Assembly (NCBI GenBank): GCA_002104905.1
Contig: MCFE01000788.1
Span: forward strand, 1 to 36,169
DNA from: Basidiobolus meristosporus CBS 931.73
Taxonomy: Eukaryota; Fungi; Basidiobolomycota
Direction of reading: 5' to 3'
DNA: 36,169 nucleotides
Shown: positions 11,222-22,503 of the stretch, one piece after another
Numbering within the stretch: position 1 is the first letter of the stretch
Layout of the letters: each line of letters starts with the position of its first letter
The notes under the pieces: generated by a model
What the model was told of the DNA's origin: nothing
Seen by the model: the letters and a program-made list of their open reading frames with translations, nothing else
The model's database searches: none
Made by a program: the position numbers and the translations under genes

Positions 11222-11647
11222 CTATCCTCCTTTGGGCATCATTATTTCAGCAAATCGAATACCAGGATTGAGCGGATTGTGAGACCAAATCGTAGAGTCA
11301 TACTTTGAATCGATTGTGCTAATGACGCTTACATCAAAGACAGTTGGTTGAAATAGAACAAACCACCTGTAGCTCTGATGACTGTAGCTAAACATTGTGG
11401 GGAAATATATGGTAGAAGGGGTCATTCCTTGTACCTTGCTCAGTTCTATCGAGTATTTTACGTGGTGATCTTTATCGGTCGTACGTAACTTTCGTCCCCC
11501 AGAAATTATATATTCATCCACTAAATTAGCGATCAAGCCTGTATTCTGTGATAGCGCTGTATAGCTATTGGGGGAATTGCCATATAGAGCAGTATGGTTG
11601 TCTCCTAAGAGGAGCAGAGTATATAAAGTGAGCAATCCACTGATCAA
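11222..11647 (-). other. Unassigned 141-codon ORF without an ATG start, divergent from the GPCR gene
   Basis: The frame is open for 141 codons from a TTG only ~74 nt upstream of the GPCR ATG. No motif was recognised, so it may be a gene relic or chance. Confidence 0.2.
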
Positions 11648-11720
11648 CAGAGAAGATTCTCAGTTCCCTTTGGCTTTGCTCCTTTGTATTAGCATTAATA
11701 TTTCTCAATAGAGACTCAGT

Positions 11721-13022
11721 ATGTCCACATTAATAAGAATCCTTCTTATTGTTACAAGTAGTTTAGGATTTATAAGCTGCCTCCTAGTGCTAGCCGTTAA
11801 TGTGGCATTCATGCGGCGGAGAAATGCTAGACATTACTTGGTTATGAGTCTAGCACTTGCCGGTACAGTATAATGCACATAGCCCTGACAGCTCCGAATG
11901 AGATAATAACGATTTACGCCCCTCTAGATCTACTTGCCTCCCTTAGCGTGTTGCTCTTTTGCGTCCTGTCTTTGTTCTATCCGGACAGCCTGGCCTTGTG
12001 CTACTGCATGGGATACATATTCCAAGTTGGAACCCAAGTATGTTGCAATGCATTGCTCCCGGCCCAATCCCAACCTCAACTAAACCGTCACCACAAGTCT
12101 GCCGATTTAGCGATATGCGTAATTGCGTCCGTGACCTATATATGCTTGAAGAAACCGTTGGTGTGGTTCAATCGGCAAACGTTCATTCAGAACCACCTAG
12201 GCAGCATTCTGGCGCTCGTGTGGGCTATCCCCATTACGACTGCCACAATAAGCATCTTCGTGGCTGGCTATTCACCAAGTACTTTAAGTGGTTCTTTCGC
12301 TTTATAATCATCACCATAGCTAATCTACTTCACCATCATCATCATCATCAGTAGTGACTGGTTGGTGCTGGATTTCCACAAAGCCAAGCTGGGTAATCAC
12401 CTTGTTTGCCCAAGGTCCCAAAACTTTGCTGATCATTGGGTTTGTCATCCTGAACTTGAATCTGGTCAGCGTCTTAAAGCAATCCCGAGCAGAGGTGGCA
12501 TCTACGAGAATCAACTCGATAGAGTATACAAATGCTCTGGTGCATATCAATAACATTCAGGCCATTCGAAGCTCAACCCCCTTGGATTTTCAGCTTGATG
12601 TGACCCCAACATCAATGGTCGTTTTAGAGGAGCCAGCATCCCCTTCTCTCAGCAACTATGACCATGAAGAGCCTATCAACAAAGGAATCCTGTCCAAGAT
12701 ATGCACGTTTGTTCAAGGGAAGACGATATTTATTCAGCGTCAGCTACCGTGCACTCGCAAGAGCAACCGCAACTCACTAGAGAAAGAGCTGACCAGAGCG
12801 ATCAACTATATGTACATACTACCCACTATATATCTAATTATATGGCTACCAGTCATCGTGGTGCTACTCGTGAACATGATAAGCGACACCTACTTGCAAC
12901 CCACAACATGTTTAATTATGCCTTCCTGTGGCGGCGCTATCAACTGCATTCTTTATGGGCTCAATAAAGATGTGAGGAATGTGTTAAAGGAGAAAATTCA
13001 AAGCTGTTTTGAGTGCATCTGA
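11721..13022 (+). CDS. 7-TM G-protein-coupled receptor (cAMP-receptor-like/Git3-like, ~367 aa); exons 11721-11862, 11928-12037, 12098-12278, 12352-13022
   Basis: Seven hydrophobic helices are visible, with YLVMSLALADL in TM2, GYSP..GWCWI in ECL2, a long third intracellular loop, YLIIWLP in TM6 and GAINCILYGLN in TM7. Introns are 65, 60 and 73 nt (the last has a NAGNAG acceptor). Confidence 0.8.
12334..12350 (+). repeat. (CAT)5 microsatellite at the 3' end of GPCR intron 3
   Basis: caccatcatcatcatcatcag sits directly before the acceptor. The poly-His seen in ORF 11959-12354 is this intronic repeat. Confidence 0.8.
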
Positions 13023-14022
13023 ATGCTCCACGAATGGCCACTCCCTACGAATCGAATCTCTCCCTGGAAGCTCCGCTGCTGCCATCGAAAAGCCCAGGAG
13101 GACCCCGACCGAAGCCATCTCCTCCAAATCCAATAACGCCAGCCATGGAGAATTGACGGAATTGATCCCATTCCCAGATGCTCACATGTTTTCAATTCGC
13201 CATAGATCGGTGCCATGCCTCATAATATCAATCAATACTGTAAATAGATATTTGTACATAACGAGTTGCGCAATACCTTATATCTCATTGTAACCATTAT
13301 TGTTTAGATTAGATACGCCAATCCTGAGAAAATAGCGAGACATCTCAGGCATCTCTGGTTAGCTTCAGTCACATATTACTTTCGCTCTCTTACCCAATTA
13401 TATGTTTTTTAGACAAATTGGCAATAAAGTTGTGCTATAGTCCCCATGCCCTTCACGTTGTTGCTAGGAAGTGCAAGTGTCAGTCAGCCATTGAGTAGCC
13501 CCACACTACAACGTTTGTGCGTTATTCTTCCACTTCACTGAGCATTACTAAAACTGATCATATATCCGAGGCTATTCCAAATCTCTTGCGTCCATGACTG
13601 ATCCCAGACTTCTGTGGTACGTGATAAAATAGCCAAGATATCCTCATTCCGGTCCCACGTTGGCAAACAATCCAAGCCCATCCGGTAATGTTTATCTGGT
13701 GCACAGTAGTCTAACTTTCTGGTCACCGGCTTTTATTTATTAATCGATGCATTTGATAAGACTCTGCGCAAACTGAGGCTCAACAAATTATGAAGCCCCT
13801 TTAAGCGTCCATGCCGGCGTGCTGTCTCAATAGTCGTACACGAATATTTATTACCTAGAGGTTGAATAAATAAATCAGAGTGGGCCGATTGGTCTATTCG
13901 GCATAATTGCCGTGTGAATCCATATTGAGGGTGTGCGAAGTTTTGGCCATTTTGACCAAGTCGAAGACGTTTGTTCCTTTTCTAGCAATAATTTGTAGCA
14001 GTGGAATTGGGATTTGGTACGA

Positions 14023-15368
14023 TCATGTATATTTATGGCGGTTTTTGGGGATCTGCTGTTGCTGATTTGATTGTGATAGAATTGTTGAAAGCCTTGGAAA
14101 GATGGGTAAATTTAGGGGCTGAGGAATGGCTTTAGGCATCTCGACATTTGAGCACCCCTTCAAGTCGGAAACATGCTTCACTACGGAATCTCTCCCTTGA
14201 GCTGGCTAAATAAGAGATTGGTATGCATATAATTGAGTAAGAAGGTAGATCTAATTATTGTCAACAAACACTTGGTAGCCTGGTAAATATTGATGGAAAA
14301 TTTGCGGAAGATTAGGATGTGTTGAGAAGGCGATAGGAGATATGGGTAGAGTTGGGATTCTATATCTTTTCTACAGAGTACTCAATATCCGCCCCAGTAA
14401 AATTTTTGATGGGCATCATCAGAACACCATACAAAAATAAGCAACAAATGATCAAGCACTTTACTTTCAAATGATCAAGGTTAGAGCAATCTTTAGGTAA
14501 AATATCATATACCATCTCCATGTTCGACCAATGGGACTCAGCCACAAGCTTTCTCATCAGCTTCGATCTGGACAATGTGTTTGGGTGCAGGTGGGGTAGG
14601 ATGGCATTATGAGTCCTTAGTTCCATGGTAGGAATTCCAGCAAGAAATTACAAAAGTTATGCTTAGAAGAAAATGGTTGCCACTTTTAGATTGTGGAGTT
14701 GAGAAAAAGCTGTGCCCCTGGGTGAGTTCTGAAAATCATCGAAAAGAATGTTCAGAGGCAGACCGCAGGAAGTTGTGTGCAAACTCTGAGGACTTTTGGT
14801 AACTTCCAGTATTTCCACTGCTTCCAAGAACTGGCGAATACCATATGAAATTTGTTTCCAGTCAATAAACCTCGATTTCACGATCAAGAAAGTACTACAT
14901 CTAATTATATGAATAGTCACGTGCTAGACTAATTCTTGCAGCATATACCGGGTTGTTAGCTTGATGGATTCATATACACTATGGGCAACCAAAATTTCAA
15001 TTAAATGTTCTTCCCATACCCAGCTTCTCACCAGATAGGGTTCGCTTGGCCAGGATGTGGGATCACTTCGGCCATTTTGGTATTTCCGTAATTCCTGAAA
15101 ATGGAGAAAGGATCCTTCTGTTTTATTTCCCACCAAACCAGAGCGACATTATTTCATCAAAATGCAGCGATGGTGACTTGGGCATCTAACCAAAATGTGC
15201 TATGCTTTCGGGAACACCCTGAAAGTGTGGGTATTTTAGGACACGATCCTGAACATCGGTCGACAGTTTGGGGCATTTGTGAGAGAAACTACTATGAAGG
15301 TGCCAGCTGTTCCGTTGCCATAAACATTGGCGCAAATGGACCGGACCAGAACTGGAACTAAGGTTCAA
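14023..15368 (-). pseudogene. Possible multi-exon or decayed gene of unknown function
   Basis: ORFs 14924-15136, 14663-14920 and 14360-14626 share one frame, interrupted by a few stops. Some plausible intron-like segments exist (73 nt GTTAGA..CAG and 54 nt GTATAT..TAG). One junction cannot be resolved and no family motif is seen. Confidence 0.25.
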
Positions 15369-18300
15369 GAATGGAAGCAGAGGAATCCGATGACCAAGTT
15401 AATCGATCATTTTGGGCGGCGATTAATCACTAGGCAGTGCGTTCCCGGCTGAGAGGCCGCTTCCAAACGAGACCAACCTCAACAATGGACTATTGAGACC
15501 GCAGGGCTTTGATATTTGCAAAAAGACGAGATACCGTTCCTGGCTTACATAGAATAGATGGTTAGGCTTGGAAAGATTTGATTCGCTACTCGGGAGGGTG
15601 AAACATAGGCTTCAGCAATCCTTAAGCCCTGCCTGCAATATGCCAGTCATCATTGTCTTCAAGAATCACCGGCTTTAGATGGTTCGGTTTTGGCGTATTT
15701 TGATCTTGCTGAGCTGGACTCCCGGATGCTTGGAAAGCGCACATCTGGCCACCTCCTACGGCCAAGGGAAACGCTGAGTGCACCACCGTGGGATTCATCA
15801 AATTCACCAGGGAATCCACTTTTCTATAGATCTAAGCATACCTCTGTCGTCGGTTCATTGAATCAGCACTCTCATCCAGACTGATACAATGCATTTCAAA
15901 TGGTGCATTAGGGCAAGCCCTTGAGGATCAATATGGAAATTCAACGGGTGTGCAAGGTGGATGAATTTCTGTAGGATGCCAGCCAAACCTCCTATTACGG
16001 ATACAAGTGGCACCACGTACCTCGACTGTTATACATTGGTGATCGTTTTCGAAGGTCTCAGAGGGGATGGATCTACTTAGTATGGAGGGAGGGTTGCACG
16101 TGATTGATGACCCCCAGTCTTCGAGTCAACATCACTCAGCTTCCCGTACTAGAAATCATCAACACACAACATCAGCCCATCAATCCCAGAAGGCGACGGC
16201 ATAGAGCGTGTCTGAATATGACGAACCACCCCTCTCACCGACCCGGAGAATAAATTTGGCATGGACGGTCATGCATGATGAACCCAACTTGACTTAAATC
16301 GGACTTCGCTCGATCCATCTTATGAACCCGCTGTAACTGCTGTGCAATTGTTGTACTACCGTGGTCATGTTTCTTCTGGTGAATACAAGCATCCCCTGTG
16401 GAGCATCTAAATTAGCAACAAATCTTGTGCAAATCTCCGTGTTCCACTGGATCAGTCCTCTTCTCTACCCCGGGTTGTCGGAGTCTCGAGACTCTACGGC
16501 GATAGGGACAATCTTCACCCCGCCTACAGTCAGAGCGCGCAGATTTGGTGGGATAGCTCGAAATGATGTCAATAAATGAATCCTCTAACATGGTGGTGCG
16601 AACTTGTTGAAGTACCTGTGTCGCCATGATGGGCTGTATGTGTTTATTTCACTTGATCATGTTAGCATCATGAAAGAGACGCATCCACTGAACGTGGCGA
16701 CTCCTCACTCTCACTTCCGCAACCAACTGGGAAGATTGACTCAAAATGGTTCGACTTCTCGGCAGAGCACTTCACATATACAACCCAACCCCAGAGAGTT
16801 GATAAGCGATTAAGTAAGACTTGGTGCGCGACACCACTTGTGTCACCGCGGTCTTCGTGGCTTCTCCACAAACTGATAGCTCAATATAGTGATTTCTACC
16901 CTCAACGGAATCCTAACTGAAACCTTATCGTTCGCCTTTCTGGCTTCTATATCCGGGGAAATGCATATCATCCCCTCCCAAGATGGAAGGTCTGAATCAG
17001 CTGGAATGGATTGTTTTGCGTGCGGGATAGCTCACCAACGTATGCAGCAGAAGGCTCACCTGATCATATGTAAACTGACCTCAGGCCGAATCCGATCTCC
17101 CCTCTGCACTGCTCGCACGATTTTCTCGACATCTTTCAAAAGGGTCAGTCTGGCTGCAATCCATTTTTCACCGAACCTCGCTCGAATATCCCATGGCGAG
17201 TCTGGACAACTCCTGCGCTGCACGGGTCGTCCTTCGGCCGATCCCATTGGTGGCAACCAACCACCACTAACCTAAAAATGCAACCCGGGAAGGCTGACCT
17301 AACCATTCCTTCCAAATTCACCCATTTGCTCAATCGAACATGTGCCAAATTAAGTGACGAGGTAATATTGGCATCAAACCTACTACGCGATTTGGAAGGA
17401 TGGCCGTGAATTTTCTCCTCCTTCCCCAAGCCCGCCAATCATTGCCCAGGCTGGGATACCGTTAGTGATATCTATCTGCATGATCATGGATCACCAAGTC
17501 TTAAAGCTTATTACGATTTCTAACTGCATTTAGTGAGCATCCAGCGTATAGGCTAGTGGCCAAACAGTTTCATAACCAGTATGGACGTTTCTGTCAAGCC
17601 ACTTGGTGGAGCGAGCATGTTCTGCTGTTGCTTGCTGTATCACGTAATTACTAATCCCTTCGACTCGACCAAACACACGAATCACTTTTCCATGGAAAGT
17701 TCGGCCTGATCGAGGGCAGCATGTGCCAGATTGATACTCCAGGACGCAGTATTCTGAATCATTTGACAGCAGGTGAGTTTCAGTTCTCATCGATGGGCAC
17801 TGGCTTTGCCGCCCTAATATGGCTCTGCGCTCCCTAGGGTGTGAGAGGGGGGATCTCAACGGCTGAGAGGCCTGCCTTGGCCAGTGTCCCCAAAGCACGC
17901 CCTGGGTGGCATCGGTGGTGCGTGGCATTACGTGGGGATGGATGAAACTAGAGTGGCTGGGCAGTGCCCAGGTTCCTGGGAGGTAGTGCGGCCCCTAGGT
18001 GCGATTTAGTTTGGAATTGTGGAAGCAAACAGGAGCCGGTTGAGTGAGGCTGACTCCCTATTGCGAGTAATTAAATTTGGGTAGCTGGATGTGGGGTAGA
18101 GTTTAAATTTCGCCTGTGACTATTGTTGTATACGCGCCTGTAATGGCTATTCAATCAGTGGGCATTTTCGGGAACACAACGCCTATAATCATGGGAAGAG
18201 TCCCTTTCATTGGTGGTGGCGTGTCAGCTGCAAGAGATTGATCTCTAAGTCATGCCGGATATGGGCTCAGTAGCAATTAAGTTAGGTCGGTAGCCAACCA

Positions 18301-18970
18301 ACGGGCCTGGTAATTACGAAGCCCGTTCGCATTGGATGGCATTTGTTTCGCCATATGATTGATCTTAATATTACTTGCATGTTGAGACTGATTTTCTCTT
18401 CCCATTTGCGGGCCCAATTTGGTAGTTTGATATTCTTTTTGTAATAAAGTAATTCCAGGCGTTCGCTCAAGTCATTCGCCTGTCCTGTCCAACCAAACCT
18501 CGCCCTATTAGTCGGTTCAGGAATGCCATTACACAATTGACTGGAGGTCCAGTGACTATAATCCACTGAGAACGTCGGCCACTGTCACCAATGGGAGCAT
18601 GGGTCCAATGATTCCATCGGCCAGTGTATATGTGCGCGTTTGAGTTAGATGAATTTCTGACATTTGCCACTGGTGGTACAGCCCGGTCATTTCCAATCGA
18701 TCATATCCCAATATGAAGTCTAAATACTGGTTACTGTATAACGAAGCCTGAAAAGATCACAACCGGATTGAAGGTGATGTCTACCAGATGCTGGTGTTCT
18801 GGGGGACACAAGGTTGCTTTTGATAAGGTCTCAGTACATGATGCTTTCGTGGAAAATCCCTGTGAATGGCTCATTCCGGATCATGATGGAAATATGTAGG
18901 GAGTGGTTTGGGTTCCAGATATATGAAATAACTCCATTCATCTTGGACTTCGCGCTCGCCTACCTATTTC

Positions 18971-18978
18971 TATATAAA
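18971..18978 (+). promoter_or_regulatory. TATA box candidate (TATATAAA) of the sugar transporter
   Basis: TATATAAA lies ~66 nt upstream of the ATG at 19045, followed by a pyrimidine-rich leader. Confidence 0.55.
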
Positions 18979-19044
18979 CTCGACGCTCCTCACCCTTCAC
19001 CCTCAGAAGTTCCTGAACTCTTTCCACAGCTCCTCACTCACCAT

Positions 19045-20435
19045 ATGGGTTTTTATGTCTATCTCACTGCTGCTGCCGCAGCCATTGGTGGATTACTCTT
19101 CGGCTACGATGTGGGGGTTATTAGTGGCGTCCATGTAATGCCTTCCTTCGAGCAGCGTTTCGACACTCAAGGCAAGGCGCTGAAAGTAGGATTCATCGTC
19201 AGTAGTCTTGTGTTAGGCTGTTTCTTTGGCTCATTTGCCGCCTCGTGGTTAGCCGATCGCTTTGGCCGCCGAACAAGCATTCTCATCGGAGGTATTGTGT
19301 TCACAATCGGAGGAGCTTTGCAAGCTTCTTCATTCGGCGTTGGCCAGTTGATTGCGGGCAGAATTATAGCTGGTCTAGCAGTTGGTTTGTTATCCATGGT
19401 TGTTCCGTTGTATCAATCTGAGTTGGCACCCAAAGATATCCGTGGCACACTCGTATCAATGCAGCAACTCGCCATCACCATTGGTATCCTAATCAGTTTC
19501 CTTGTCAACCTTGGCTGTGACAGTTTGGCTGGGGATGGAAGCTGGAGAGTCCCACTTGCCATCCAATGCGTGGCCTCGTTGATCCTGTCCATCACCATTC
19601 TGTTCCTCCCAAGATCCCCCGCTGGCTGGCCTCCCAAGGGAGAACCGAAGAGGCTTTGCAAGTCCTACGCAAAGTGGGCAACAAGCCTGATGAGGAAATG
19701 GAAGACATTAATGAGGCCCTCCGTCTGGAAAAGGAAATGGGCAATCCGACTTGGAGAGAGCTATTTGGCCCTCTCCTTCGTCGCCGTGTCATTATCGGTC
19801 TCGCTATCCAGGCATTCCAGCAGCTTACTGGCATCAATGCTGTCATGTACTATGCGCCAACGATTTTCAAGTCCGCTGGGCTTGATGGCACCAACTCGGC
19901 ATTGATTGCCACTGCCATCAATGGCGCAGTCAATGTGCTTTTCACCATTCCCGCCGTGTTATATGTTGACCGTGCTGGTCGTCGTCCATTATTGCTTATC
20001 GGGGCCGGATTCATGGCAATAGCGATGTTGATTGTCGGTACTCTGATTGCTATCTACTCACCCCGTAACTTCGATGTGATCGCCGCCGGATACTCCAGCA
20101 TTGCAATGATTTACCTGTTCGTTGCCTTCTTTGCCTTTACCTGGGGTCCTATTGGATGGATTTATCCTTCGGAGATCTATCCCACTAGAGTTCGTGCCAA
20201 GTGTATGAGTCTTACCACCGCCTCTAATTGGACCTTTAATTTCATCATTGGCCTTGTGGTCCCACCATTGATAGAATCTATCAACTGGGGAGTCTACGTA
20301 ATCTTTGGTGCTTGTGGTGTCCTGATGTTCATCTTTGTGTATTTCTGCGTTCCAGAAACCAAAGGGAAGAGTTTGGAGCAGATTGACCATATGTTTGGAG
20401 GCCGCCTCAACCTCGATGAAAAGAATGGAGCCTAA
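19045..20435 (+). CDS. MFS sugar porter (hexose/H+ symporter type), intronless, with a 1-nt deletion frameshift in the C run at 19616-19620
   Basis: Motifs present: GGLLFGYDVGVISG, DRFGRR, GRIIAG, PLYQSELAP..IRG, QQLTGINAVMYYAP, DRAGRRPLL, WGPIGWIYPSEI, PETKGKSLE. Restoring one C gives the conserved P.SPRWL motif and joins ORFs 18814-19905 and 19566-20435. Confidence 0.9.
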
Positions 20436-20884
20436 CCCAAGTAGGCTCCAAGGTGGGAAGCCGTTACTTGATTGCCGGTCCCCCTTCCCTTACGTTGCTT
20501 GGAGATAAGCAAGTCAACCAGGATAATTCCAATGTAGCTATAATAATTCTTCATTGCCGAACAATAAATATCAGTTTTGTTATGGATCTTGTTAGTGCCC
20601 CAAAATCACGGCGGCGAGATGAGAATGATACGGGTCGGTATCTCAAACGGGCGATGATCAGACGGGTGAAGACATACACCAGTGGACATTGGTGCACCCG
20701 TAAGGTGAGACTACATGACGTTTGATGTACGAGCTGGGGATCCGTTCGACGCGAGTTGATTGCGCAGAACGAATGCTCCCAACATGATGATTTATTAAGG
20801 TATCAAGGAATGTAACTTGTCTAGGGCACACAAAAAAGAAATGTTCGGTCGAGGTTGATGTGGGAACCTGCCCATTAATCATCG

Positions 20885-22503
20885 CTATCTCGAAGCCAGC
20901 CACTTCTCTTTCGAGGTGGGCCTGAGGATCCCGTGCATCTTCTCTTCGCCTATCGTGGTCCATTCACCGCCGTAGTTGTGGCCGGGCAGTACTACAACAT
21001 CATCCCGCAATGCAGTCAGCTTCTCTTGTATTGAGTGATACATGTCGTGTTTACATGCTCCAGGTAAATCCAGTCTACCGCAAGTGCCCAGGAACAATGT
21101 ATCCCCAGAGAATAACCGACGCTCGTTCACTAGCAAACATTGGCTGCCCGGCGTGTGTCCAGGGGTATGCAGGAATCGGATCTGCGTTTCGGTTCCTAGG
21201 GGAAGGACGAAGTCATCGGTGGTTGGCACGATTCTGTTGGGATCCAAGCATGGGTTCGATTCTCGAACATACTTGATGTCTTCTTGATGGATGTATGCTC
21301 GGACGTTCCCCCATTTCTTCAGAATCGTCGCCAACCCGGATACTCTGATCGGGAGTTGATCGAACGGCGGGGGCGGAGACCCTGGATTTTCCATCAATCA
21401 GTTGATCGATAAATCACGATTACGCATCGGCTACTCACCTCCAACATGATCGAAATGGTAGTGGGTAACAATCGCCCCTATACACCGAAGCTTCTCCCGC
21501 TTGATCACCTCCATCACTCCATGGGCGTCCCAACACTAAAGGGTGAGTGAGTACCACGAATATTCCTCAGTACCAATCAATCGAAACACGTACGGCATCC
21601 ACAACAACACACAGCCTCGATACCATGTCAGCGATGATGTAAATGAAGTTCTTCATTGCTGTGGCGTATTCGAAAATCTTGTTTTGGATCGGGTTGATGG
21701 ATGTGCCAAGGGCTATGTCACGCCCGGGAAGCAGCTGGAGTATGCTTATCCCTGGAAAATGTTCAAGGGTGTGTTGGTAATGCAATGGCCAGTCGGTACC
21801 ACATGCGACTATTTACCCATTTCGCCATTTTCCCTGTGAAATCGCGAGCGAAGCAGATTCATCTTGGCTTCTAGACATTTGGGATCCTGCATGAGGGGTT
21901 AGTCGAGAGGTACACATCATTTTGAGCTTCACCAATTACCAGAATTAGTGTCTTCTCGTAACTTAAGCATGCTTCCTTGTATCTCCTCAGACCCAGCAGA
22001 GATTCTCCAGCTCTGTAGTAGCCCTACGATTCAAATCTGTCGTTTAGTGCGGTGGCCCACGGTCCACGAGTAGGGGCAAAGCATACTTACTTTGCTCCAT
22101 TCCGGCTTTAGTCTGATGACTATCTCGGCATCCTTGTACGCCTCCTCATACTGCCGCAACATGCAGTATGCACCAGACCTGTTGGCGAAGATTAATGCTA
22201 TGAAATCCGTAGCATCCGTTTCTGTGATGGCAGGCTTGGACTTGATCAAGGCTCGGGTGTATTCCGCGACCGCCTCCTTATATGAATGCCTTTCGAACAA
22301 CTCGTTTGCGCGGCAAGTGATCCGATACAAAACTCCGTCAGAGGCGGCAGGGCTTTCGAAAGTAAGCGTTAATGAAATGAACATTGGCCGAACTCCAAAG
22401 AGTAGAAATCTGCAATGTCTTGAGGGGAGTACTAATAAGGATGAAGAGGCTTTGATGGATCCATCTCTCCGAATCGCAGCTGCTTTGAAAAGACGGGATC
22501 CAT
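20885..22503 (-). CDS. TPR-domain / metallo-beta-lactamase-fold (glyoxalase II-like) hydrolase fusion, 412 aa; exons 22503-22433, 22352-22091, 22023-21940, 21886-21817, 21751-21594, 21535-21439, 21381-20885
   Basis: Six GT-AG introns (80, 67, 53, 65, 58, 57 nt) give one open frame. The TPR part reads ANELFERHSYKEAVAEYTRAL / FANRSGAYCMLRQYEEAYKDAEIVIRLKPEWSKGYYRAGESLLGLRRYKEA. The MBL part has THYHFDH, HTPGHTPGS, SGDTLF and PGH. Confidence 0.85.

Noticed and set aside
11959-12354. ORF ending in a poly-His tract
   Set aside because: It is an alternative frame over the GPCR exons, and the His run is the intronic (CAT)5 microsatellite.
16300-17930. Several 66-132 aa ORFs and intron-like segments on both strands
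   Set aside because: No consistent exon chain or family motif could be built. A glutaredoxin-like CPY was considered but the second Cys and the fold motifs are absent.
18814-19044. N-terminal extension of the sugar transporter shown in the ORF track
   Set aside because: It starts at TTG, contains the TATA box and a pyrimidine-rich leader, and precedes the natural start MGFYVYL at 19045.
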